Of a stretch of 64,000 nt of DNA, positions 18,439 to 27,606 are shown piece after piece. A model generated the notes under the pieces. That model had not been told where the DNA came from. It saw only the letters and a program-made list of their open reading frames with translations, and did no database searches. Source of the stretch: Actinomycetota bacterium (GTDB lineage Bacteria > Actinomycetota > UBA4738 > HRBIN12); assembly GCA_036374435.1 (NCBI GenBank), contig DASUTU010000030.1, positions 15,539 through 79,538 on the forward strand, written 5' to 3'. The position numbers were made by a program, and so were the translations under genes. Each line of letters begins with the position of its first letter. Position 1 is the stretch's first letter.

Positions 18439-18448
18439 CGCGTCCCCC

Positions 18449-19186
18449 TCATACGGTGGCCACGCAGAACGGCCCTGCCTGGGGGCGCTGGAGCGTGTCG
18501 GTGCCGCGCGGCGGTCCCGGGACGACCACGGAGGTGTCGACCAGCACGTCCCCGGCGTCGGTGATCTCGATCCGGAACCGGTCCAGTCCGCGAGGAGCGG
18601 GACCCAGCTTGTATTCGCCCGCGGTGTTGTACTTCGAGCCGTGACAGGGACACTCGAACCACTGCGACTGCTTGCAGAACGGGACCCGGCAGCCGAGGTG
18701 CACGCAGCGCTGGTACAGCGGCATGACCCCCTCCGCCGCCAACTGGTCGGACGCGTAGTCGATGTCGCCGGAGGGACGGCCGTCGTAGATCACGATGTAG
18801 AAGCGGCCGGTGCCCGAATACACGGGCTCCTCGGTGGAGTTGATCGCGCGGCGGATGTCGGCGAGCTTTCCGGCGTTGATCACCGAACCGAACCCGCCCC
18901 GGAGGTTCGGCCACAGGAACGCGAGGGTCGCGCCCCCGAACTGCGCCCCGAACACAAGGAGGGAAGCAACCAGCGACTTCCGGAAGAACTCGCGCCGGCT
19001 GAGGGGCTTGGGGGCCTTGGGGGCGGGCTCGCCCAGCGCCGCGGCGGTGGCGGCGGCCTCGGCGGCCCGCTGCTCGCGCCGCGCTCGGAGGAACGAGAGC
19101 CCGAAGGCGATCGCGAACAGGTCGACGATGACGATGACGACGATCGCTACCAGCGTCCCGGTCGAGATGGCCAGCACCGGCGTCAT
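18449..19186 (-). CDS. qcrA: Rieske [2Fe-2S] iron-sulfur protein of the cytochrome bc/b6c complex
   Basis: CVHLGCRVP and CPCHGSKY boxes, and the Tat-like SRREFFRKS. Start taken at MTPVLAIS (ATGA overlap with the subunit IV stop). Confidence 0.85.
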   Translation of the reverse strand: MTPVLAISTGTLVAIVVIVIVDLFAIAFGLSFLRARREQRAAEAAATAAALGEPAPKAPKPLSRREFFRKSLVASLLVFGAQFGGATLAFLWPNLRGGFGSVINAGKLADIRRAINSTEEPVYSGTGRFYIVIYDGRPSGDIDYASDQLAAEGVMPLYQRCVHLGCRVPFCKQSQWFECPCHGSKYNTAGEYKLGPAPRGLDRFRIEITDAGDVLVDTSVVVPGPPRGTDTLQRPQAGPFCVATV

Positions 19187-20088
19187 AACTCGAAGAACAC
19201 CCCTTGCGCCCACGGCCAGACCCAGTTGTAGCCGGTGCCGCGGAAGAAGGACCCGATGATGGTCAACGTGGCGCCGAACATCATCAGCATCGTGAACATG
19301 GTGATCGCGAGCTTGCGATCACCCGGCTTGGTGCTCGGGTTGCGGTCGACGTAGGGAACCACCGCCAGGGCGAGCAGCACCAGCGTCGGAGCGAAGAGCA
19401 CGCCGGCCACCATGGGGTGGAAGTACCGCAGCAGCTCCTGGAGGCCGAGGAAGTACCACGGGGCCTTCGACGGGTTCGGGGTCAGGTTCGGGTTGGCGAG
19501 CTCGCGCAGCGGCGCATTGACGAACGTCGAGAAGATCACCAGCCCGCCGAGCACGATCAGCATGGCCACGAACTCCTCGATCAGCAGGTGCGGCCAGACG
19601 TTGATCCGGTCCCCCTGCTCCCGCTCGACCCGCTGGATCCCCTCGGGCGGCACCAGCGCCAGCAGCCGGTGTTTCTCCTGCGCCCCCTTCTTCGGCTCCG
19701 GCACGTTCCCGGTCGGAGCCGGCGCCTGCCTGGTGGGAGCCAATGTGGTGGCACCGGCGGCGGGCGCCGAAGCGGCGGCAGCCGCCGCAGGTGCCGACGC
19801 AGCAGCAGCGGGGGCCGGAGCTGCGCTCGGAGCGGAGGTCGCCGCAGGCGCCGGCGACTCGGCCGCGCCCGAAGCCGCTCCACCATCCCCCTCCGCCGCG
19901 GCTGAGCGAGCCGGCGTGGCGGCGGCCGGAGCGGGCGCGCTGCCCTCTCCGGTCTTGGCTCTATGGGCTCGAACGGCAGCCGAGCGGGCCCGGCCTTCGG
20001 CGACCCGCCGGTCGGTGCCCTTAGCGAGCTCGTCGGCCAGGACCCGGTCGAAGGTCTCCTGGTCGAGCGGGGTGTCGTCGCGCGCCAT
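19183..20088 (-). CDS. Cytochrome b C-terminal half (b6f subunit IV-like, 3 TM) with an N-terminal extension of about 150 aa
   Basis: C-terminal [28 protein letters not shown] matches PetD/QcrB-C. The N-terminus has a conserved 28-aa motif plus an Ala/Pro-rich linker. Confidence 0.8.
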   Translation of the reverse strand: MARDDTPLDQETFDRVLADELAKGTDRRVAEGRARSAAVRAHRAKTGEGSAPAPAAATPARSAAAEGDGGAASGAAESPAPAATSAPSAAPAPAAAASAPAAAAAASAPAAGATTLAPTRQAPAPTGNVPEPKKGAQEKHRLLALVPPEGIQRVEREQGDRINVWPHLLIEEFVAMLIVLGGLVIFSTFVNAPLRELANPNLTPNPSKAPWYFLGLQELLRYFHPMVAGVLFAPTLVLLALAVVPYVDRNPSTKPGDRKLAITMFTMLMMFGATLTIIGSFFRGTGYNWVWPWAQGVFFEL

Positions 20089-20104
20089 GTCCTTGCCTCA
20101 GCTC

Positions 20105-20875
20105 CTACAGCGGTCCCGAGATGCCACCGTCTTTGCGGATCCGCCAGAAGTGCACCGCCAGGAAGATCACCAGCACGAACGGCAGCGCGAGCACGTGCAA
20201 CACGTACCAGCGGAGCAACGTGTCCGGTCCCACCACCACGCCGCCGAGCAATAGGAAGTTCGCCTGGCTGGCGATCATGGGCGAGTACGCGGCGAGGGAC
20301 GTCCCCACCGTAACCGCCCAGATCGCGAGCTGGTCCCACGGCAGCAGGTAGCCGGTGAACGACAGCCCGAGCGTCAGGAACAGCAAGACCACGCCGACCA
20401 CCCAGTTGAACTCCCGCGGCGGCTTGTACGAGCCCGTGTAGAAGACGCGGGCCATGTGCAGCGTCACGGTGAAGACCATCAGGTGGGCGCCCCAACGGTG
20501 GATGTTGCGGACCAGGTCGCCGAAGAACACGGACGTCCGGATGTTCTGCATGTCGGTGTACGCCTGGGCCGCGCCGATCTCCGCGGCGGGCCGGTAGAAG
20601 AACATCAGGAAGATCCCGGTCACCGTGAGCAGGATGAACAGGAAGAACGAGAGGCCGCCCAGGCAGAACGTGTAGGTCAACTTCAGCCCGTGACGCTTCA
20701 TCTTGACGGGGTGGAGGTGGTACAGGACGTTGTTCATGGTCGCGAGCGCCCGGTCGCGCGACGTGTCCTTGTAGCCCTTGCGGAAGATCGATCCCGGCCG
20801 GAAGATCGACTTCCAGACCTCGGTCTCCCGAACTCGATCCAGCACCTCGCTCGGCGAGGGCGGTTTGAGCTTCAC
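20105..20875 (-). CDS. qcrB: Cytochrome b6 (N-terminal, heme-binding half of a split cytochrome b)
   Basis: GTG start ([26 protein letters not shown]) after GGAAGGAGCGGG. Heme-ligand His in RWGAHLMVF and [16 protein letters not shown]; 4 TM helices. Confidence 0.85.
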   Translation of the reverse strand: MKLKPPSPSEVLDRVRETEVWKSIFRPGSIFRKGYKDTSRDRALATMNNVLYHLHPVKMKRHGLKLTYTFCLGGLSFFLFILLTVTGIFLMFFYRPAAEIGAAQAYTDMQNIRTSVFFGDLVRNIHRWGAHLMVFTVTLHMARVFYTGSYKPPREFNWVVGVVLLFLTLGLSFTGYLLPWDQLAIWAVTVGTSLAAYSPMIASQANFLLLGGVVVGPDTLLRWYVLHVLALPFVLVIFLAVHFWRIRKDGGISGPL

Positions 20876-20897
20876 CCCGCTCCTTCCCCAGCTCTCG

Positions 20898-21296
20898 TTA
20901 TTCGGCCTCGGCCCGCTGTGACTCGGGCACGGCGGCCATCCGTCGCTGCCCCGAGGACGGTTCGGGCAGCCGCGCATAGTACAGCGTGTCGGTGGGGCAG
21001 CGCTCGACGCAGACCGAGCACCGAGTGCAGGCGTTGTCGTCGACCACGAAGATCGAGAAGGCCTGGCCGATCTCTGCGTCCACGGCCTCGTCGGCCGCCC
21101 CCTCCACGATGTCCGTGGACATCATGAAGATGCAGTTCCACGGGCAGACGTCCTCGCAGGCCCGGCACAAGATGCAGTTGTCCGGGTCAAGCATGAGGTG
21201 TTTGGGCGAACGAACCCCCTGGGTCAGCCACGAGGGGTCGACGCCCTCCACGACGTAGTCGGTGTGGATGTCGACTTCGGTCTTCGTGAACGGCAT
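20898..21296 (-). CDS. 2[4Fe-4S] ferredoxin
   Basis: [12 protein letters not shown] and [12 protein letters not shown]. Start at MPFTKTEV, preceded by GGAGGA. Confidence 0.8.
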   Translation of the reverse strand: MPFTKTEVDIHTDYVVEGVDPSWLTQGVRSPKHLMLDPDNCILCRACEDVCPWNCIFMMSTDIVEGAADEAVDAEIGQAFSIFVVDDNACTRCSVCVERCPTDTLYYARLPEPSSGQRRMAAVPESQRAEAE

Positions 21297-21312
21297 CAGT
21301 CCTCCGAACCCG

Positions 21313-21663
21313 TCATCGATACCCTCCGGTCGGGCGATCGCCCGAGGCACCCCGGAGCTTGCGGCGCCAGTTCTGCATGATCGCGGCCGCGACCACGATC
21401 GTGACGAACGGCCCGATCGACAGGTTCACCGCGACGAAGTCGCGGGCGAGAGGCCGCCAGTCCGACGTCCCCGAAAGCCCGTCCCACCCGAGCGTCTGTT
21501 CGGCGAAGTACAGCCAGAACGACGGGATCACCGCCATCGAGACGACAGAGAAGAAGCCCAATCCCACCGCGAACACGACGGCCTTCGTCCAGGTCCATTC
21601 GAAATCCCGGACGATCGGCTCGGCCCGCTCCCGCAGCTTGACCAGCGGTTCCGGGACCTTCAT
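21313..21663 (-). CDS. Small membrane protein (2 TM), first gene of the bc-complex operon
   Basis: 116 aa; hydrophobic segments AVVFAVGLGFFSVVSMAVI and GPFVTIVVAAAIM. Confidence 0.45.
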   Translation of the reverse strand: MKVPEPLVKLRERAEPIVRDFEWTWTKAVVFAVGLGFFSVVSMAVIPSFWLYFAEQTLGWDGLSGTSDWRPLARDFVAVNLSIGPFVTIVVAAAIMQNWRRKLRGASGDRPTGGYR

Positions 21664-21774
21664 ACGACCCCCACCATCACGCGAAACGTAACTCCCAACT
21701 CGATCGCGCGTCCCGAAGGCGGATTCTACACGGGCCCCTGGTGCCTCCCGGGCGCCGAGCTCCTGCGGGACGTC

Positions 21775-21792
21775 TCGTGAAAGCCTTCACAA
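21775..21792. promoter_or_regulatory. Rex operator TCGTGAAagccTTCACAA in the divergent bc-operon / ccdA intergenic region
   Basis: Matches TTGTGAA-N4-TTCACAA at 13 of 14 half-site positions. Lies 112 nt upstream of the bc-operon start and about 78 nt upstream of the ccdA start. Confidence 0.6.
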
Positions 21793-21869
21793 GCGCACGT
21801 TCCAACTATGGCAAGGAGCCTTGGCCGCCGCAACCCACTCTCCACGGAGCCCACTCCTACACTTGGGGT

Positions 21870-22607
21870 GTGCTCGTGGACTTCGTCCAGGACGGCCTCG
21901 GGTCGTGGTGGGCGCCCGGGCTGGCGTTCGCGGCCGGGGTCGTCTCGTTCGCCTCGCCGTGCGTCTTCCCGTTAGTGCCGGGGTACCTGTCGTTCGTCGC
22001 CGGGGGCGAGGCGGCGGACGAACGCCGGTCGGCCGTCCCGATCCTCCTGTTCATCGCGGGCTTCGCGGCGGTGTTCACGGCGCTGGGCGCGTTCACGGGG
22101 GCGATCAAGAGCGTGCTGGCCTCGTCGGCGGGGATCCGCGTCTCGGGCGCGATCATCGTGGCCTTCGGCGTGCTGATGCTCCTGTACGCGCTCCGCATCG
22201 GGACGCCGTCGCTGTTCGCGGAGCGCCGCCCCCTCCTCGCCGAGGTTCGCCCGGGGCCCGTGTGGGCGTTCCCGCTCGGGGTGGCGTTCGGCGCTGGCTG
22301 GACCCCGTGCATCGGGCCGGTCCTCGCCGGCGTCCTGGCCATCGCGGCAGCCCAGGGCGGCTCGTTCCGGGGGGCCGGGCTGCTGTTCGTCTACTCGATC
22401 GGGCTGGGGTTGCCGTTCTTGCTGGTCGGCCTGGGCGTGAGGCGGTTGATGGGCGCCCTCGCGTTCGTGCGGCGGAACTATCACTGGTTCGCCGGTGTCT
22501 CCGGCGTCGTGATGATCGCGATCGGAGTGTTGGTGGCGACCAACCTGTGGACGCGGCTGCTGGGTCCGGTGCTCCGGGCCATCAACAGCTTCGAGCCGCC
22601 GATCTGA
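21870..22607 (+). CDS. ccdA: Cytochrome c-type biogenesis protein CcdA (DsbD-family thiol:disulfide transporter)
   Basis: ASPCVFPLVPGYLSF and GWTPCIGPVL conserved Cys motifs; 6 TM helices. Confidence 0.8.
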   Translation: MLVDFVQDGLGSWWAPGLAFAAGVVSFASPCVFPLVPGYLSFVAGGEAADERRSAVPILLFIAGFAAVFTALGAFTGAIKSVLASSAGIRVSGAIIVAFGVLMLLYALRIGTPSLFAERRPLLAEVRPGPVWAFPLGVAFGAGWTPCIGPVLAGVLAIAAAQGGSFRGAGLLFVYSIGLGLPFLLVGLGVRRLMGALAFVRRNYHWFAGVSGVVMIAIGVLVATNLWTRLLGPVLRAINSFEPPI

Positions 22608-22701
22608 GCTCCCGGTGTTCGACGGACGGCCGCGCCGCTAGGATCGAACCAGTGGGGGTCCTCGATCCTGCACGAGGCCGACGCCGATTCGAAGGTGTAC
22701 A

Positions 22702-23883
22702 GTGCGCCGGCATTCGGTGACCCGGCGATGCTCGGTTCGGAGGGATCCGGCGAAGGTGCGTAGGAAGACGCTGCTGGCCGTCGGCCTGGTGGCCCTGGCC
22801 GCGGTCCTCGGCGCGTGCGCCCCGAATGCCACCCAGGACTCCCTGGAGCCGGCGGGGGAGTTCGCGCGCAAGTCCCACGATCTGTTCGTGCCGGTCTTCT
22901 GGGTGGCGACCGGCATCTTCGTCGTGGTCGAGGGCGCCCTGGTCGTCTTCGCGTTCCGGTATCGCCACCGCAAGGGCCGCGAGGGGATCCCTCCGCAGGT
23001 GCACGGGAACACCCGGCTCGAGGTGGCCTGGACGATCCTTCCGGCCGTGATCCTTGCCGGCGTGGCCGTTCCCACGGTCGCGACGATCTTCGACCTGGCG
23101 CGCCAGCCCGAAGAGGGCACCATGCGGGTGGACGTCCTCGGGCACCAGTGGTGGTGGGAGTTCAACTATCTCGAGCAGGGGTTTACCACCGCGAACGAGC
23201 TCCACATCCCCACGGGCGAGCCCGTCTACCTCCGCCTGTGCGGCGTGGGGCTGGGCGGCATCCCGGACGCCAAGACGCCGGTACCGACAGAGTGCCAGCC
23301 GGGCCCACCGGACGGCCCCGCGGCGGCGGCCGTCGGCGACGCGGTGGTCCACTCGTTCTGGGTGCCGCAGCTCGCCGGGACGATCGACGTCGTGCCGGGC
23401 CAGACCAATTTCTTGTGGATCGAGGCCGACGAGCCGGGCCGATACCCGGGGCAATGCAAGGAGTTCTGCGGGCTCTCTCACGCGTACATGAAGTTCGTCG
23501 TGGTGGCGCACGACCCGGGGGACTACCAACGGTGGGTGGAGGGGCAGCAGGCCCCGGCCGCGATGCCCGAGCCGGAGACCGCGGCCGCGTCGGGCGCGCA
23601 GACGTTCGCCGCCCAGAACCGGTGCACGCGGTGCCACACCATCGACGGGCTGGAGGACCAGGACGGCCAACCCGTCGTCGGCTCGAACGGAGCCCCCGAC
23701 CTGACGCACTTCATGAGCCGCGAGTGTTTCCGCGGGTGCACGCTGCCCGTCACCGAGGAGAACCTGCGGCGATGGCTGCAGAACCCGCAGGCCGTGGAGG
23801 CCGGGTCGTGGATGGTGGTCGACCCGCCGCTGACCGAGGGCGAGATCGACGACCTCGTCGCGTTCCTGCAGACGTTGCGATGA
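22702..23883 (+). CDS. ctaC: Cytochrome c oxidase subunit II, caa3 type with a C-terminal cytochrome c domain
   Basis: CuA site H..CKEFCGLSHAYM and C-terminal NRCTRCH (CxxCH). Lipoprotein-type signal. A GTG at 22756 is an alternative start. Confidence 0.85.
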   Translation: MRRHSVTRRCSVRRDPAKVRRKTLLAVGLVALAAVLGACAPNATQDSLEPAGEFARKSHDLFVPVFWVATGIFVVVEGALVVFAFRYRHRKGREGIPPQVHGNTRLEVAWTILPAVILAGVAVPTVATIFDLARQPEEGTMRVDVLGHQWWWEFNYLEQGFTTANELHIPTGEPVYLRLCGVGLGGIPDAKTPVPTECQPGPPDGPAAAAVGDAVVHSFWVPQLAGTIDVVPGQTNFLWIEADEPGRYPGQCKEFCGLSHAYMKFVVVAHDPGDYQRWVEGQQAPAAMPEPETAAASGAQTFAAQNRCTRCHTIDGLEDQDGQPVVGSNGAPDLTHFMSRECFRGCTLPVTEENLRRWLQNPQAVEAGSWMVVDPPLTEGEIDDLVAFLQTLR

Positions 23884-23899
23884 CGGAGGGGGTGATGCG

Positions 23900-25798
23900 G
23901 TGGCGAGCGTGAGCGTTCCGGCGCGGCGTCCAGGCCTCCTCGGCCGTCCGACGTCCACCACCGGGCTGTGGTCCTGGTTCACCACCGTGGACCACAAGAA
24001 GATCGGCATCCTCTACGGGGTCACCGCGTTCGCGTTCTTCCTCGTCGGCGGCGTCGAGGCCCTCCTGATCCGGGTACAGCTGGCCAGGCCGGACCAGAAC
24101 GTCATCTCGGAGGCGGCGTTCAACGAGCTGTTCACGATGCACGGCGTGACGATGGTGTTCCTCGTCGTCATGCCGCTCTCGGCCGCCTTCTTCAACTACT
24201 TCATCCCCCTCATGATCGGGGCCCGGGACGTGGCGTTCCCGCGGCTGAACGCCTACAGCTACTGGGCGTTCCTGTTCGCGGGCATCTTCATCTATTCGAG
24301 CTGGTTCCTGGGCGGCGCGCCGAACGGCGGCTGGTTCGGCTATCCGCCGAACTCGGTCCTCGACCCCACGCGAGGGATGACGTTCTACTCGCTCGGCCTG
24401 CTGATCGCGGGGATCGCCTCGACCGTGTCCGCGGTGAACCTGGCCGTGACGGTGATCAACATGCGGGCGCCCGGCATGACGCTGTTCCGGATGCCGGTGT
24501 TCGTGTGGATGGGGCTCGTGGTCCAGCTCCTGCTGGCCTTCTCGCTTCCGATCGTCACGATCGGGCTGGTCGAGCTGTTGTTCGACCGTCGGTTCGGGAC
24601 CCACTTCTTCGACGCCGCGGCGGGGGGGAGCCCCGTCCTGTGGCAGCACCTGTTCTGGTTGTTCGCGCACCCAGAGGTCTACATCCTGGTCCTGCCCGCC
24701 ATGGGCATCGTGTCCGAGATCCTGCCGGTGTTCTCGCGCAAACCGCTGTTCGGCTACCAGTTCGTGGTCTTCAGCGGCATCGCCATCGGCTTCATCGGGT
24801 TCGGCGTGTGGGCCCACCACATGTTCGCGGTGGGCCTGGGCCCGATCGCCAACACGGCGTTCGGCATCTCGACGATGATCATCGCCGTGCCGACCGGCGT
24901 GAAGATCTTCAACTGGCTCGGCACGATGTGGCGCGGCGACATCCGCTTCACCACGCCGATGCTGTTCGCCATCGGGTTCATCGGCATGTTCGTGATCGGT
25001 GGGCTCTCGGGCGTCTCGCACGCCGTCGTGCCCGCGGACTACCAGCAGACCGACACGTACTACATCGTGGCGCACTTCCACTACGTGCTCTTCGGCGGCG
25101 CGATCTTCGGGCTCTTCGGCGGGATCTACTACTGGTGGCCGAAGGTGTTCGGCCGGATGTTGTCCGAGCGGGCCGGCAAGTGGAACTTCTGGATCATGCT
25201 CGTCGGGTTCAACATGACGTTCGGGCCGATGCACGTGCTGGGGCTCCAGGGCATGCCGCGGCGGATCCAGAGCTACCCGGAGTCGCTCGGCCTGACGTTC
25301 TGGAACACGGTGTCGACGGTGGGCGCCTTCCTGATCGCCGTGAGCGTGCTGGTGTTCCTCGTCACCGCCGTGGCGAGCTTCCGCAGGCCCAAGGAGATGG
25401 AGGCCGATCCGTGGGACGCCAGGACGCTCGAGTGGTTCACGTCCTCGCCGCCGCCGGAGCACAACTTCGACGAGATCCCCACGGTGCATTCCCTGGATGA
25501 GCTCTGGCACCGCAAGTACGCCGAGACCCACGGCGGCAGGGTGGTCCCCGTTCCGGCCGGCGGCTCGGGCCGGCCGGCGTCGGGTCACGGCCGGAGCGAA
25601 GGGGACGGCGGGCACGGGTCGGAGCACGGCGGGCACGGGATCCACCTCCCGGGGCCGTCGTATTACCCGCTGATCGCGTCGCTCGGGCTCCCCATCGTCG
25701 GGTACGGGTTGATCTTCGGGTGGTGGATGGTCGGGGTCGGCCTGCTGGTCACGCTGGCCGGCTTCTACGGCTGGATCCTGGAGCCCTCGGCGGAGTGA
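23900..25798 (+). CDS. ctaD: Cytochrome c oxidase subunit I with a C-terminal CtaF-like 2-TM extension
   Basis: WFTTVDHKKIGILY.. is canonical COX1. There is an extra His-rich linker of about 75 aa (GHGRSEGDGGHGSEHGGHG), then LPGPSYYPLIASLGLPIVGYGLIFGWW, which resembles the C-terminal helices of actinobacterial CtaF. Confidence 0.85.
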   Translation: MASVSVPARRPGLLGRPTSTTGLWSWFTTVDHKKIGILYGVTAFAFFLVGGVEALLIRVQLARPDQNVISEAAFNELFTMHGVTMVFLVVMPLSAAFFNYFIPLMIGARDVAFPRLNAYSYWAFLFAGIFIYSSWFLGGAPNGGWFGYPPNSVLDPTRGMTFYSLGLLIAGIASTVSAVNLAVTVINMRAPGMTLFRMPVFVWMGLVVQLLLAFSLPIVTIGLVELLFDRRFGTHFFDAAAGGSPVLWQHLFWLFAHPEVYILVLPAMGIVSEILPVFSRKPLFGYQFVVFSGIAIGFIGFGVWAHHMFAVGLGPIANTAFGISTMIIAVPTGVKIFNWLGTMWRGDIRFTTPMLFAIGFIGMFVIGGLSGVSHAVVPADYQQTDTYYIVAHFHYVLFGGAIFGLFGGIYYWWPKVFGRMLSERAGKWNFWIMLVGFNMTFGPMHVLGLQGMPRRIQSYPESLGLTFWNTVSTVGAFLIAVSVLVFLVTAVASFRRPKEMEADPWDARTLEWFTSSPPPEHNFDEIPTVHSLDELWHRKYAETHGGRVVPVPAGGSGRPASGHGRSEGDGGHGSEHGGHGIHLPGPSYYPLIASLGLPIVGYGLIFGWWMVGVGLLVTLAGFYGWILEPSAE

Positions 25799-25805
25799 GG
25801 ACCTG

Positions 25806-26435
25806 ATGGCCACTGTCGAACACGCGGACGAACGCCCACTCGTCGTCGAGGAGCACGCCACCAGCACGGGGTTGCCGAACACGAAGCTCGCGATGTGGCT
25901 GTTCCTGGCTTCGGACTGCCTGTTGTTCGGCGCCCTGATCTCGACGTACGTGCTCTATCGGGGCGCCAGCACCACCGGGCCGTTCCCGAACGACGTCTTC
26001 GACATCCCCTACACGTCCGTGTCGTCATTCGTGCTGCTGGCCAGCTCGCTCACGATGGTGCTCGCCCTGGCGGCGATCCAGCGCGGTGACGTGGCCCGCT
26101 CGCGCGTGTGGCTGCTGGCGACCGCGCTGCTCGGGTCGACCTTCGTCGGGGGGCAGGTCTACGAGTTCACCGCGTTCCACGACGAGGGCCTCACGCTGAG
26201 CGCCAACGTGTTCGGGTCGTCGTTCTACGTCCTGACCGGCTTCCACGGGACGCACGTCACGGTCGGCGTCCTGATGTTGCTGACGTTGGTGTTCCTCTCT
26301 CTGGCCGGGCGCCTCGGCCCCGAACGCGCGGAGACGGTCGAGATGGTCGGCCTGTATTGGCACTTCGTCGACATCGTTTGGATCGTCATCTTCACGGTCG
26401 TCTACCTGATCCCGACCGGGAACGGGAGTCCCTGA
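25806..26435 (+). CDS. ctaE: Cytochrome c oxidase subunit III
   Basis: Typical COX3 helices (WLFLASDCLLFGALI, FYVLTGFHGTHV). Confidence 0.9.
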   Translation: MATVEHADERPLVVEEHATSTGLPNTKLAMWLFLASDCLLFGALISTYVLYRGASTTGPFPNDVFDIPYTSVSSFVLLASSLTMVLALAAIQRGDVARSRVWLLATALLGSTFVGGQVYEFTAFHDEGLTLSANVFGSSFYVLTGFHGTHVTVGVLMLLTLVFLSLAGRLGPERAETVEMVGLYWHFVDIVWIVIFTVVYLIPTGNGSP

Positions 26436-26776
26436 TGGCCACCGAGCCCGTCGAACGCTCCGAGCGGATCGCGGCCAGACAACGCACTCACGCGCGCCAC
26501 CCGAGCACGAGGGAATACGTGCGGATCGCGATCGTCCTGGCCGTGGTCACGGCGGCCGAGGTGGCCATCTACTACATCGACTGGATCCACGAGAACGGAC
26601 TCCTGATCCCCCTGCTGTTCCTGTTCTCGTTGATCAAGTTCTCGCTCGTCGTGATGTGGTTCATGCACCTGAAGTTCGACAGCCGGACGTACTCGCGCTT
26701 CTTCCTCATGGGCCTGGCGGGCGCGATCACCCTGTACCTCATCGTGTTGTTGCTGTTTCGGACGTTTGCGAACTGA
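26435..26776 (+). CDS. ctaF: Cytochrome c oxidase subunit IV (prokaryotic COX4 / Bacillus CtaF type)
   Basis: 113 aa, 3 TM. TGATG overlap with ctaE. Confidence 0.7.
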   Translation: MATEPVERSERIAARQRTHARHPSTREYVRIAIVLAVVTAAEVAIYYIDWIHENGLLIPLLFLFSLIKFSLVVMWFMHLKFDSRTYSRFFLMGLAGAITLYLIVLLLFRTFAN

Positions 26777-26778
26777 CC

Positions 26779-27606
26779 ATGCCCGGCTGGCATCCCCACG
26801 CCGACGTCTGGCTCCTCCTCGGAGGCCTCTGGGTGGGGTATCTGGTCGCCTGGCGGCGACGCGCGGCCGACGTCCCTCCCGCCCGAGAGCAACGGCGCCG
26901 CCGCACCGCGCTGTTCACCGTCGGGATGGCGCTCCTGCTGTTGGCGTCCGACTGGCCGGTGCACGACCTGGCCGAGGAGCGCCTGTATTCGGCGCACATG
27001 GTTCAGCACCTCGTCTACACGCTCGTGGCGGCGCCGTTGCTTCTCGCGGGGGTGCCCGCGTGGATGTGGCGAGCGCTGCTGCGCCCGTCGCCCGTGTGGG
27101 CGGTGTTCGGGTTCCTGACGCGCCCGATCGTCGCGCTCGCCGTGTTCAACGGGCTGCTCCTGCTCACGCACTGGCCGGAGGTCGTGAACGCCTCCGTGAG
27201 GTCGGAGTGGACCCACTTCGGCCTGCACGTCCTGATCGTCGGATCGGCCGTGGTGATGTGGTGGCCCGTGCTCTCCCCGCTGCCCGAACGCCCGCCATTG
27301 TCCCCCCCGCTCCAGATGGTCTACCTGTTCCTGCAGTCGCTGGCGCCGACCATCCCCGCGTCGTTCCTCACCTTCGGGACCTCGCCGCTCTACGCGGCCT
27401 ACGAGTCCTTCCCCAGGACGTGGGGGCTCAGCGCGCTGGACGACCAGCTCATCGCCGGCCTGGTGATGAAGATCGCCGGCGGGCTGATCCTGTGGGCGTT
27501 CATCGCGGTGATCTTCTTCAACTGGCACGCCCGGGAGCGAACGGGGTGGGACGCCCTGGGTCTGCGGCAGGTGGAGCGCGACGTCCGGGCGAGGATGGCC
27601 CGGTGA
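26779..27606 (+). CDS. ctaG: Cytochrome c oxidase assembly factor CtaG (caa3 type)
   Basis: SAHMVQHLVYTLVAAPLLLAGVP motif; multi-TM. Confidence 0.7.
   Translation: MPGWHPHADVWLLLGGLWVGYLVAWRRRAADVPPAREQRRRRTALFTVGMALLLLASDWPVHDLAEERLYSAHMVQHLVYTLVAAPLLLAGVPAWMWRALLRPSPVWAVFGFLTRPIVALAVFNGLLLLTHWPEVVNASVRSEWTHFGLHVLIVGSAVVMWWPVLSPLPERPPLSPPLQMVYLFLQSLAPTIPASFLTFGTSPLYAAYESFPRTWGLSALDDQLIAGLVMKIAGGLILWAFIAVIFFNWHARERTGWDALGLRQVERDVRARMAR

Noticed and set aside
21821-22720. 299-aa alternative-frame ORF overlapping ccdA
   Set aside because: The ccdA frame carries the conserved Cys pairs and TM helices; the alternative frame is low complexity.
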